The notes under the pieces were generated by a model. It was not told where the DNA came from and made no database searches. It saw only the letters and a list, made by a program, of their open reading frames with translations. Below, piece by piece: positions 1 to 13,100 of a stretch of 64,000 nt of DNA. Where the stretch lies: assembly GCA_021613535.1 (NCBI GenBank), contig CP075493.1, positions 5,890,001 through 5,954,000 of the forward strand. Direction: 5' to 3'. This stretch comes from Adineta vaga (lineage: Eukaryota; Animalia; Rotifera). The position numbers and the translations under genes were made by a program. Numbering within the stretch: position 1 is the first letter of the stretch; every line of letters begins with the position of its first letter.

Positions 1-809
1 TCCCCATGCAAGACGTTTTGCTGTAACTGATATATTCGCATCATCCGCAATATAAACTGGACTTTTACCACCACATTCTAATACAACTGGTATCAGTCTT
101 TCGGCTACTGTTTTCGATACAATTTTACCAACCATTGTTGAACCAGTATAAAATACATGATCAATATTGCCATTAAGTAGCGCCTGTGTTTGATCAATAG
201 CACCAAGTACAACACGAATACAAGATGTATCGAGATAACGTTCAATCATAGTTGCTATAGCTGCAGCTGAATTTGGTGCTAATTCTGATGGCTTGACAAT
301 AGCACAATTTCCAGCAGAAATTGCACCAATTAACGGTGATAATGTTAATAAAAATGGATAATTCCATGCACCAATAATTAAACAAATACCATAAGGTTCA
401 GGATGAACATATTTATCCATAGTTGCAAATGCCAATGAATCTGATCGAGCTTCATCTTTTACCCATTCATCGATATGATTCAGAATATGATTACATTCAT
501 TTCGAATCTATATTGAATAGCAAGAAGTAGATAACAAATAAATTCGTTGAATCAAGAAATGTCTAGAAAACTACTTACAACACCACAATCGAATAGATAC
601 GTTTCAGTACTTGGACGAGAAAAATCGGTATGTGCTGCTGAAGCAAAAAATTCTTTCTGTTCATCGCACATTTTATATAATTGTTCAAGTTGTTTTTTAC
701 GCCATGCTACTGATTTCGTTTTACCAGATTTAAACGAATCACGAAGATCTTTAAAGATACCTTCTATACTAGATACTGGCGTGTCAGTCATTTTTGTTTT
801 TGTCGACAT
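1..809 (-). CDS. ALDH3: Aldehyde dehydrogenase, ALDH3 (fatty aldehyde dehydrogenase) family; 3' part runs off the left edge
   Basis: Exon 1 is MSTKTKM...WRKKQLEQL...YLFDCGV. After a short intron the frame reads EPYGICLIIGAWNYPFLLTLSPLIGAISAGNCAIVKPSELAP...FYTGSTMVGK...LECGGKSP...AKRLAWG, which are hallmark ALDH3 motifs. Confidence 0.93.
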
Positions 810-1144
810 GTCAAGCTTGATTGCCTTGTTTTTTGATTACTCAGGTAAAAAAAGAGAACAAATTTATCTTCAATGTTCGCCTCGGCAAACAACGAAAGTT
901 ATACTCAAATACAGAATGAATAGGTTGTAATTGTTATCTTCATTCGTTTTTCCATGTCGCTTAAGCATAAAACAAGTTGAAGATCAACAGAAAAGATGTC
1001 GCACACAACTGACTGAATGAAGGAATTCACATTTTCTTATGTAAAACAACGAGTAATATTATTGCTAAAGATTTGTATACAGAAAAAAAAGAGAAATCAT
1101 TCGAAATAATAATTTTAAAAAAAACAACATTAAAGAAATATTTC

Positions 1145-4100
1145 CTATGATGATTTTTCAATTCGATGTTGGTCATCGAAACGATGATCATGAAGTTCCT
1201 GTCGACAAAGATCATATTCTTCTTTAGTTTGAAAGATATGTGCATGAAATGGTGAACCATATACATGTTCACCACTCCATTTAACTGATACAATATAATC
1301 TCCATGTTCAGTTGGATTATATCGACAAACAATTGTACGATCTTGCAAATGTTCACGTTGCATTTCGACACGAAAAGCACCTTTTGGACCACGAACTTTG
1401 ACTGTTAATTGTCCAGCACCTATACAAAAAGAAAGATTTCAGTTTGTAAATGAAAATAAAAGATTAGATTCCTATTCTTTACCTGCTCCTTTTGTTTCAC
1501 AGACGAAATGAGAGTGAAATGTTGATAGAACTCCATGTTCAATGCCTGGCCCATATACACGTACTTTATCTAAATATTTATTCAATTTCTTCGAAAATGT
1601 TTCTACGGCAATCATTGTATACATACTTGCATCAAGTGGACCGCTCACTTTAATCGTATATGGACTTCCTGATACATGCATTCCATTGTATTTAATCGTT
1701 AATAAATGTTTTCCAGTTTCTTCAGGTTTAATATATAATGAAAATGTACCATCACGATGATCAAATAATCTACAAATTGCTTTCTTATTCATTCCTTGAC
1801 AGTACACTGTTAATTCTCCTGGATCTGTTGTTCGTGTATCAATAAGACATGTTGATTCCTTCTCTACAATACCTACACGTAAACCATCACCTGAACAAAC
1901 GACTCGTGATGATGCATGATTATTCGTCACATTCGGTAAAACATTGACTTTAAATGGTGATCCACGAATTTGTCGTTCTGCCCATAATATATTCAATAGA
2001 TAAATACCTGTAAAATATTTGAGACAGAGACATGAAGAATTTACTATGATATGAATTATAGTTTTACCTGCTATTGTTGCTTTATAAGAACAAATGAAAA
2101 TATTTCGATTCTTTTCAATTTGTCGTATTCGAACATCAATATCCATTTGTTTTCCAGTTAATCGAACAGTTAATTGATTTGAACTTTGAACTGGTGCTCG
2201 TGAAGCATCAATAAAAAATTCAACTTCTTCATTCACTCGTGCTTCATATGAACCACGACCATAGATTCCTACTCGTAATGGTTCAGAACTAGCCGTTATT
2301 GCAATGATTTGTATAGGCATGTTTGGCAATAATTTTGCAGCATGTGTGATAGTCATATCATATTCACCATCTCGTCTAGCCGTAAAAGTTAGAGTAGATA
2401 ATGGACCTTGTTGATCAATACGCAATGGCATACAATTACTATTTACACCTCGAACATCAGCTTTCAAAATGCCTTCACAAAAAAACAACAAATTAATTTT
2501 GAGAATAAGGCGTTAACGAAAGACTTCTTTACCTGGTCCAGCTAGAGATGTATCAAAAGAAATCTTCTTTTCTTCATTTGTAATAACATGCATACAACTT
2601 TGTGCCTCAAATAATGCTTGCCATCCGCCAACAATTCGAATACGATCTATAGAGGGGGAAAAAACAATAGTTAACATCATATTTTTCATTTTTAGAAATA
2701 ATCAAACCTGGATTTGTAACAATCGCTTTAAATGGACTGTTAATAATATGTTTTCCATTCCATTTTATAATTATACTAAGAAAACCAACTTCAATGGGTT
2801 GATAAGTAACTTTAACTAATGTATTATTCATTCGATGAACAGTTGGATGAATAATTGAATTCGGACCTAATGTGAACAGAAAAATACAACTGATTCGATC
2901 AAATGAAATGCTCTTTTACCTTCCATATAAACTTGTAGATCACCTTGCATTTCATTAGTATTAATCAAAAATGTCGTTTCTTTTTCTTGTATAGCATGAT
3001 GTATTCCATCGCCATAGGCCGTTATGATACGTGCATTATTAACAGTTATTTTCATTGGTGTACCTATTTTATTTAATAAGAATACAATTGAAATTTTCTA
3101 TCAGCTATATTCTACCTGGCACAATATCTGAACCAAATTTTGCATTTAAAGTATGTATACCAGCTTCAATAGGTGTAAAACGTACCTTTGTCACCTTCGT
3201 TGTATCGTCAATCTCGCAAGGAACTAATCAAATCAAATGTCAAATATATATATTTCAATTTCAGAAGTAGACAAATCTGATCCTTACCAATTATATCTGA
3301 TGGTGAAGTAATTGAAACTTCAAGTGGTACATTGCCAGCATTATCCATATTAATTTCAAAAGTACTTTCTACGCCAACAAACATTTCTTTTGGCATTGTA
3401 CCAAATCGTACTTGTGATGGATCATAAACTTCTGTAAATAATGGACTACCTTGAATAGGTACATTACCAAAGACAATATCAATACGATGTTGACCTGAGA
3501 AAGACAAGTAGAATTTCATTGTTGTTGTGGTTTTCTAAACATTTTCTGTTACTTACCAACTTTCTTTGGTGTAAATTCACCCATATAATCTCCATTTGCT
3601 TGTGGAAATAATTTAACATTAACTGATTCACCTTTTGGACCTATGTGACAAAAGATGATCGGTTAAACGCACCGATGAATACAAAAAAAAACTTATTATT
3701 TCTCATACCAACAACTAATGAGCCACAAATAGCATGTAATAGTCGTCGATTTGGATCAAATAAGTTTAATATCTGTTTATCAATTAAACTTCGTAGAGCA
3801 TTGATAACTTGTTCATTAGTTGGGATTTGTGGTGGTGTAATTTCAAATAATTGAAACAATACCATTGCATGTCCTAATAAAATAAAAAAAGATTAACATA
3901 TTTTAATTACTTCAGTCTGGTATGAACAAAATTATAGTCTACAAACCATTTTCTTCATCCAATGTCAAATTTCGAATACGTTCTTGAGTCAATCTCAATC
4001 GAGCTGTAAGAAGTATTGTTAACGAAGTAACAAAAATTTGTGATGGAAATTGTAATAATTGTTCATACGGTTCAAGTAATTGAAATGAGATTACTTGTCC

Positions 4101-7100
4101 TAGATCAGTACGATTACCTGTTGAAAGATCTAAATTGAAAAAATAAACACAACGATTTATATCAACTGTAATCTTAACAAATCGACTTACTATAAACTTT
4201 AGATTTGATTGCTCCACGTTGTCCATGACAATGAACGCGAAAGATACCAAGATCACTCAAACGTAAACGATGGAAACATTTACCAGTGACTTGAACAACA
4301 TCTGATCGATCAATACGAATGGAAAATGGAGAGCCTTGAAAAAGAGATCAAAATCAAATTTGATCTGAATTTCGATTAGTTTCATACCTGTGATGGGTTT
4401 ATCACGATTAGAAATATTAACTAAATAGAAACCTGGTTCTTTTGGTGTGAAATTAATACGTATAAGATTGTCATTGATAATTGTCATTGTGGATGGAATT
4501 TCAACACTATCAAGAAGAACAACAGCTCGAATTTGCGAATTCGATGTTGATTTTGTATGAACTGAAATAATGTCAATAGAATGATTTGGGAAGATTTTTC
4601 TCTTCATTTAATTTACTTTGTATTACACATGGTGTATTCGTTAAACCGGAAAGAAGATGTTTATCATTAGAATCTTTGACTTGAATTAAATAGGGCGTAC
4701 CTAAGCAAAAAAGTAAATGATCATTTTATATCATTGCAATATTCAATATTTCGCCTACTCATAATCGGTGTTCCATTGCAAAGAAGATGTATATTATGTG
4801 TACCAACAACATAGGGACGAAATTTAAGATGCCAAATATGTGTATCTTTTGTTTGTACAAGTTTACATGGGATTGAGATTTCATTGCAGGATATTTGACC
4901 ACGTATATCGGGCTTTTCAGTGATAACTAAAATGCAAAGGGAAACTGTAGTTAAATTGAATGATTTCGAGAAAAATATACTACTTTCAAGACATATATCA
5001 TCTCCAACGCGAGGTATATCATTTGGTTCGATTTTATGTATATGAACAAGAGGAAATGTGGATAAGGTAGAGGGTGGGATGGGTGGTGGTAATAAGGAAT
5101 AGACATCTGTATCAATTGTTTTGCCTTGTATAAGTTGATTATTGAATAATAAACGAAGTTGATATCGACCAGGTTCACTTGGAATATATTGAATAAGATA
5201 TTCATGACTATTTAATTCATGTACATGACATCGACAGACTATTGTTGATGTTTGAGGTTTAATTAATTCTGCTTTCAATTGTCCTTGACCAGCTTGACTT
5301 GTATTTACTAGAGAATATACTGATAGTTAATACGATTTCGAATACAAACTAAAGAAATACCTTTGTATGCTACAGTCGTTCGTACAACAACAGGTTCTTG
5401 ATGTTCAGCAATGATTGATATTGCATGAATATCATATACATTTACATCAAATGGCGTACCTAAAATAAATACATTGTTTTTCTACAGTTTCTCACAACAA
5501 GACTATTTCAAATGTCATCAATGTAAACCCGATCATTCTATCTCTGTGTTAAGCGCTTCGAAAATGAAACCCTGTTTATGTTGTCGTCTTTCTTGATCAT
5601 TGATCAATTCATTTGTTTCGAAAGAAATCGAAATGATCAAAAGACAATCGTATATCAATTTGTTTCTGTTAGAAAATAAGATAGACAAATTCTCATCTAA
5701 TGTCAGTGAATAAACATTGTTTCTAAGCTGATTGTCATATCTTCAAAACAATGACGGAATAATCATTAATTGATAAAGATGACAAATCAGACACAGCTAG
5801 ATAAGAGGAGAGAAAGAAAAAAGGTGAGAAATCATTGGTTGTCAAGACATTTCTAACGAATCTTATTTCCTATATAATCATTCTATTTCGAATATATCAC
5901 AACAGAATTTCGATGAAAACGATGTCAACAGAAAAACAACGTCAACAACAAAGTCCATATGATTATTCAGTAAAACGATTATTATCTCAAGAAACAAGTA
6001 CAAATTCAACAGGTTTGATGAAATATACAATATATTGAGAAAAAAAGAAGTAATCGTCTATTTGTCTAGAACGATCGAGTGTTCTTCTATGTCCACCACC
6101 GAAAAATCGTGCTCGTCGTGCTCGAACTTATTTCGATGATCGATCTATTCAAGTTCTTGAACATGCATTCTTACAAGAACAATATCCTGATATACATCGT
6201 CGCGAACAATTATCGAATGAAATCGGCACAAGTGAAGCACGTGTACAAGTAAATGAAATGAAAGATTTGTTTGAAAATACATGATATATTTTTCAATTCA
6301 GGTATGGTTTCAAAATAAACGATCACGTTGTCGAAAACGTTTAATCAATAAAACAATGGCGAATGAAAATGATATTGAAAATGATGAAACAAGTACGAAA
6401 TCAGCTCATGAAACTTCATTTGAAGATTTACAAACACGTACACCGATGAGATCGATCCCGTCATCAAATATCTTACCATTTACACCAACTCCTATTCAGT
6501 CTGTTTTGGCTACACATTTTCCTTTTTTTCTTCAGCATTTCTATTAAAACCTTTTTTCTTTCTTCTCTCTCTCTCTTTGTTCTTTGTGTGTATATATATA
6601 TTATACATAATAAAAAGTGTATCCTACCGTTTATAGGTATGTTCTTATAGGCCATATAGATTCGATACATTCCCACTTTCACTGGTAAGATAGAAACGAG
6701 AAGTCGATTGGCAGATAATAGTTGAAGTTTATAAGGTATTTTCAAAGGTTTCAATGGATCAAATACCATGATAAAGAATTTTCCTTGATTAACTTTATCA
6801 ATATTACCTAAGATAAATAATGAAATGTGTGATAAATTCGATAGAAACGATTGTTGACTTACAGATAAAATGACATTTGTTAATGGGTTGAAAATGATTG
6901 AATGGCTCAAGTTGAACAGCATCAGGATTGTAAACTGGGAATATGTATGGACAATCTAGGAAGAGAATGTAGTGAAATGACCTTATCTGATAAAGAATAC
7001 AAATATCGTACCTAACATAGGTTGTCCCATATAATTCTTTAAGATAATTAAATAATCGCCTTCAAAAGTTGGCCGAAACTTGAGTAGAAACTTATCATCA

Positions 7101-10100
7101 TTTCTACGTGCGGCTTGCAAAGGTATTTTCATGGTATCTTTTGTGATATTTACATATACAACATGTGGTAGATCGACTATTTATCAAAATTAAAAATAAG
7201 TCAATATTTATTTGATGAAAATAACTTACTTATAAGATGTACATCATCATTAACAACTGGATACGCACGTTGTAAAACGATTTTGAATGGATATCGTCGT
7301 GGATCTATTAAAAGATGTAACGTTAGAGACGAAGAAAATGCTGAATATATTACTCACCGAATACAATATCAATTGGTTCTCCTCGATCAAATTTTTCTTT
7401 TAATAATTGAAATCGTTGTATTTCGGTGTCCGTTAATTGTGTATGTTGTGTTTTTGATTGATGTAGATCTTCTTTTTTAGTAGACACTTGATTACATTCT
7501 TCGATAATTGATGAATCTTTGGGTGGTACTGGCGTTTCAATCGATTTTGATGGGAAAGATTGTAGTCCATGAGATTTTTCTTGTTGTTGTGCAAATAGTA
7601 TTAATTCATGTTTTGAATAAATCGAACGTCCACGTTGTTCTGTTTCAGGTAAACGAGCTGGTTTTCCTACCGATACTATTAATATGCAAATTAAATTATA
7701 TCAAGATAAATTATCTAAATTGTCAATACATACGTTCATCAACATTTTCAGTAAAGACTTGTAAGGTTGTTTCAAGTACCGATATTCTATTGAATAAAAT
7801 AGATATCGAATGTAAACCTAAGAAAGTGTACACATATAGAAAAGAATAGAAATAAGAATATATTCTCTCATTTACCTGAAACAATCGGTTCAAATTGAAC
7901 AACAATTTGATGATTTGATTGTTTCTGAACGGTAATAGGTAAAGATCGATTATCTGGATCTATGAATAGGCAATGAACAAATTGTTAATTCGAGTAAAAG
8001 CTTGTTCAAGAAAGAAAGAAAACCTTTAATGATTATTTTTAACGATCCTTTTCCAGCTAGTGTTGGATCAATGAGAAAAGAATGCGTCTTATTTTGATAG
8101 ACTTTTGTAGGAAAATTCATTATTTGAATTGATGATGGATCAAATGCATGAACAATCAATGGACTACCACTAATCGATTCAGTTCCTTTTAATACATGAA
8201 TTTTAACAGATCCTATTAGAAATAATTCAAATAAAAATATTCATTTTAACAAGATATTCATCCAAGAAACATACCAATAATGAGTGGTTCATATGAAATA
8301 GATTTTCGACCATCCGGTAAGTATTCAATTTTACAAGGAATTTTTTCTTCATTAGCATCTAATCAATGATAAAAAAAAAGAGAATATTATAAATGAAACC
8401 CAATTATTTTTACCATAAATAACAATTTTGAATTTATCATCTGGATCTTTCAATGTAAATTTCGATGTTATACGAACACCAGGATCGATTAAATCAGTTA
8501 CATCAAGTACTTCGATTTTCGGAAGTGGTTCATCAGCTAAGATTGGCGATTCTGAACGGCCATTTGGCGTCACTTGAGTAATATTTTCTTTTTCTATTAA
8601 TGGTTGCTGTTGTTGTTGCTTACGTGCAATCGAAATCGATGATGAGTTTTCTGTTACTTCAGTTATAACTGGTAATTCTCGCTGTGAAGATGACGAATCT
8701 GATATACCATCGTTACTTGTATTTTGATTTAGTAGTAATTTATCATTAGGTGCAGGTGTTGCCACAGGTGATAATGGAACATAATCATCATCGAAAGCAA
8801 AGATAGGTAATAAAGCAAAACTATCACTTTCATCATTTGTAATACGTATCCAATGAGTTCCTTGAATGAGAAAGATGAATTTGAAAAATTTTCAAAATCA
8901 AATTTTGATTGTACTCACCAACACGAACTGGTGAAAGAGATATTTTCAATTCACCATTTTCATTTTTCGCATGTTTAAATGGTATGGGTTTATCAAATGG
9001 ATCTATGAAATTTGTAGGGGAAAAAAACGGAACATGTCTAGTTTGCATATTTAGTTGAAAATCATTTATTACCAGTAATCGTGATATCTAATTTATTATC
9101 ATTATCAACAACACCTTGAAATGTATGTTCAAGTACTTCTTTAACTTGAACACGAAGTACAGGATCAAATGTATTTTTCGCTCGAAATGCCATAACACGA
9201 ATAGGACAAATATCCAGAAGATTATTTTGTGTACGAATGAATACTTCATGTACTTCTAAACAGTAGAAAGAAAAACTATTCCTTTAACATTCAAATCTCT
9301 TTATTTTTCAGTGTATTATCATAATTAAGAAGAAATTAGTTTGATCTCGTACCAGTTCTAACAGGAATATATTCAATAACAAGATCTTTATTTAAATTTC
9401 GATAAAATGCTGCTGGAATTGTATGTGCCAATGGATCTAAACATTCAAAACAAAACAAATCTTTTCGATAAAATCGATTGCTTTCTTTTCATATAAAACC
9501 TTTAACAATGACATTAACATCTTCAGCAATCATTTTACTTTGATCAACAATAATTCTTGTTATATCTTCTACACCTCCATTTCTTAGTATATCAATTTCT
9601 TCAGCTACACAATGAATATCAAATAACTGTTCATTACTATCAGTCGTAACACTTAATTGATAATAATCTAGAAAGTAATATTTTGTAATACAATAAGTTT
9701 AAAAAAATCCTTTTTTTTCTTCCTATCAATGTCAATCTTACCGATGTCAGTTAAGGTAAAATATATTTTCCATTCAGATATATCTTTTTCAATGTCAATA
9801 GGAAATTCATCACCATTAGAACCTAGAATAAAAAAAGAAACGTATAAATTAAGATATAAAGATGAATGTGAGATGATCTTACATCTTAATTGAACTTTCA
9901 TATCATCACCTTTACAATTAATTGAAATGAAATTAGGCACATTTGGATGAACAATACGTTCACCATAAGCATTTCGTTCATATTCTAATGGTAAAATATC
10001 CATTGAAGCAAGAACTAATTGAGAATCATCAAGATCAGTTTGTAGGGAATATATGCCTGCTTTAACTGGTTCAAATTCAATACGCCAACGAGCACCTGAA

Positions 10101-13100
10101 TCTTGAATTCGTGTATGTTTAATAACAATCTCATCGGGATCTAATGAAGAAAATGTATTTTGAGAAGAAAACCTTTTCTTATCATTTCATCGAACATACC
10201 AATAACGAATAGATTAAAATCTTCATAAATATCTGTTAATGTTGATTCACATATTAACCAAGCTACTTCGCCTACTTTTGTACCTTCCAGTTGTCCACCA
10301 ATGAGAAATTCATGATCACCATCGTCTTCTTCACCTTCATCTTCATCGTCTTTCTCCTCTACATCCTCTGCTTCTTCATCTTCGTCTTTATTCTCCGAAA
10401 TACTTTTATCACTTGAAGATCGATCATGAACATTCATCAAAAACGGACTACCTTCAATAGGAGTTCCATTGAATGCAATAACAATCGAATGAACTCCTCG
10501 ATTTTCAGGTATAAAAGCAATATCAAATTTTCTCGCTTGAACACTTTTTAATTCAGCTGGTAACGTTCGTCGTCCATCACTGATTGTCACTTCTAAATGA
10601 CCCTCGCCAGCACCATGTGTATCAACAGAAAATATCGATGGAATATCAACAAATCCATCAGTAATTGAACTAACACGTATTCTATTTACATTACAAATAT
10701 CAACATGATATGTTGAGATTAATTTTTCATCATAAGTTATTGTGACTGTATGTTGACGTGCAATATTTGGTAGAAATGATATTTCGTAATGTTTCTTATC
10801 ATTTGATCTTGATGTCATTGTATGAGAAACAATACGTCCAGATTGAGTTTCTATAATAGCAATTGAAAGAAGATTAATATCAGCGACATCGACTAAAATA
10901 ATACAGAATTCGAAAATATTTTAAATGAACTTATAAGATTAACATTGAACTTACCAGTAAAAGTTATCGGTTGACCAACAATACCCGAAGATATTGGTGA
11001 GACACGAACTTGTTCACAATCAGTTCTTACAGGTACAGTTAATGTTCGTACTAAAAGAAGACATTACATCTTCTGCTAGTCAAAATTCCATTTCCAAACT
11101 TACTATTCGTTTCTCCATTGAATGTTATCTGTATGCTACATTCATCTGATGTTTCAGGTATAAATGAAATTTCATAAACAGATTTTGAAATTCTTGTTTG
11201 TTCATGCGTTAATTTATTTCCATTCTGTTTTATTTTGACTGATAATAGACCATTTCCAACCTCTGTTGTATTAACTAAAAGAAAAATAATTCAAATCAAA
11301 CAGCATGATAATTTTCATATAGAGAAAATTAATTTTACTTGTAAATTTACACGGTTGATGAGTGACAGCAAGTGGTAAATCACTGACACGTAGTTTACTT
11401 ATATCATAAATTTGACAATTTAATTTCGTTATAATTAGTTTTTTTTCTTCATCATGATAAAATCTTATCTCATGATCACCGATTTCCGTTGGCACAAAAC
11501 CGATCGTATATAATTTTGCTGCTAATTTTTCCACTTTACTTTTGAATTTCTTTCCTGAAGGCGTGACAATTTCAACTTGAATATTTGGATTAAACATTGA
11601 ATGTGTTTTCGGTTTAATTACTAATGATGTACGTTTATTAATCGGTGCATATTCATAATTTTCAAATGTTAATTCACTTGAAAATACATTACAAATAAAT
11701 GGTGATCCTATTTAATAAAAAAAAATAATAACAGAACTAATGCGTATAATTAATCAAAATAGTATTGTTTTGTTTTTTCTTACCATGAATATGAATGCCA
11801 TTAAGTTTAATTCGTACATAATGTGCACAAGGTTTATCTGGAAGAAAATTCACACGAAAACGAGCACCACCTTCATTTTGAACATAATTTGGAATATTTT
11901 TTCCATCTCGTGATATGGCAATTTCTAAATTTCCAGCACCTGAATCTGTTGCATCAACTAAAAAGAAAAATACGAAGTTTGCTAATTGAAATTAAAATTC
12001 GATTTTATTTACTAATAAATGATGTCGGTGTACCGACAGTTGTTGATGGTGGGAAATCAAACGTTTTGATTTTGTTTATGTCATATGATTGTGACGTAAA
12101 TGGACTACCATCAATAGGTATGTCATCATGTAGAACATCAATACGAAATTCACCTAGGTGAAATAATTAACTTTCAAACAAGAATAATTGAGACGATGGT
12201 CAACTCACCAACACGGTCTGGTGTATAAGTAACTTCATATCGATTTGGATCGATCTTTGTTGTAATACACGATATTAAATGATCATTTGGTCCTAGAAAA
12301 TATATCCATTCGAATCTCTAAAATCTTAACGCTTAGATCTTCACTTACGTATAAAGTTAGTAGAAAGAAAAATAGATTAGATATTAATTAAATCTATCAC
12401 CAAAATAAGCAATCGAGTATATATCAAACCTTTTATCGAACATTTCAATTTTCCAACATCATCATTTTGTGTTACAACAGTAAATGACGTTGGAATATTA
12501 ATGGGAATTGAACCAAGGCCTTTTCCCATCGCTATCACACGTTGATTTTCCATAACATTCACAGGAAAGGGACTTCCTAGGAAAAAAAACAACAACTTGT
12601 TTTTTTCAATATAATTAATATTTTTAAATCTCATTTCTTCTTCTTCTTCTTCTTCTACAAAATCTTATTAACAAAAACTACCTGGAGATGTTCGAGAGCA
12701 AATTGATGTTTTATGAAGAGCAAACATACAAATAACTTCTTCATACAAATTAAAAAGTGAAATTTTTCCGCTCGACTATTCTATCATTCACGTTTTCTTC
12801 ACCTCTCTCTCTCTCTCTTGTTCTCTCTGCCTCTCTTTCTCTCGCTCAGTTATGTTGATGCGCTTGAAAGAACTACATTTATGTTCATTTGCGCTTTTTT
12901 CGTTTTGCTTCGCCCGTCTTTATATTACTATGCATATATGCAACAAAATTTAATGATGGTACATTTCTTGACATAATGAAACAAGTAAAAAAAGGCAAAA
13001 CGTGCAAGCAAACTAGTAATCTTTTCGAGCTAATTGTTTGTTTTAAAAAGCCATTGACAATGTTGTTACGAGGTATCAAACGAATTATATGTAATATTAA

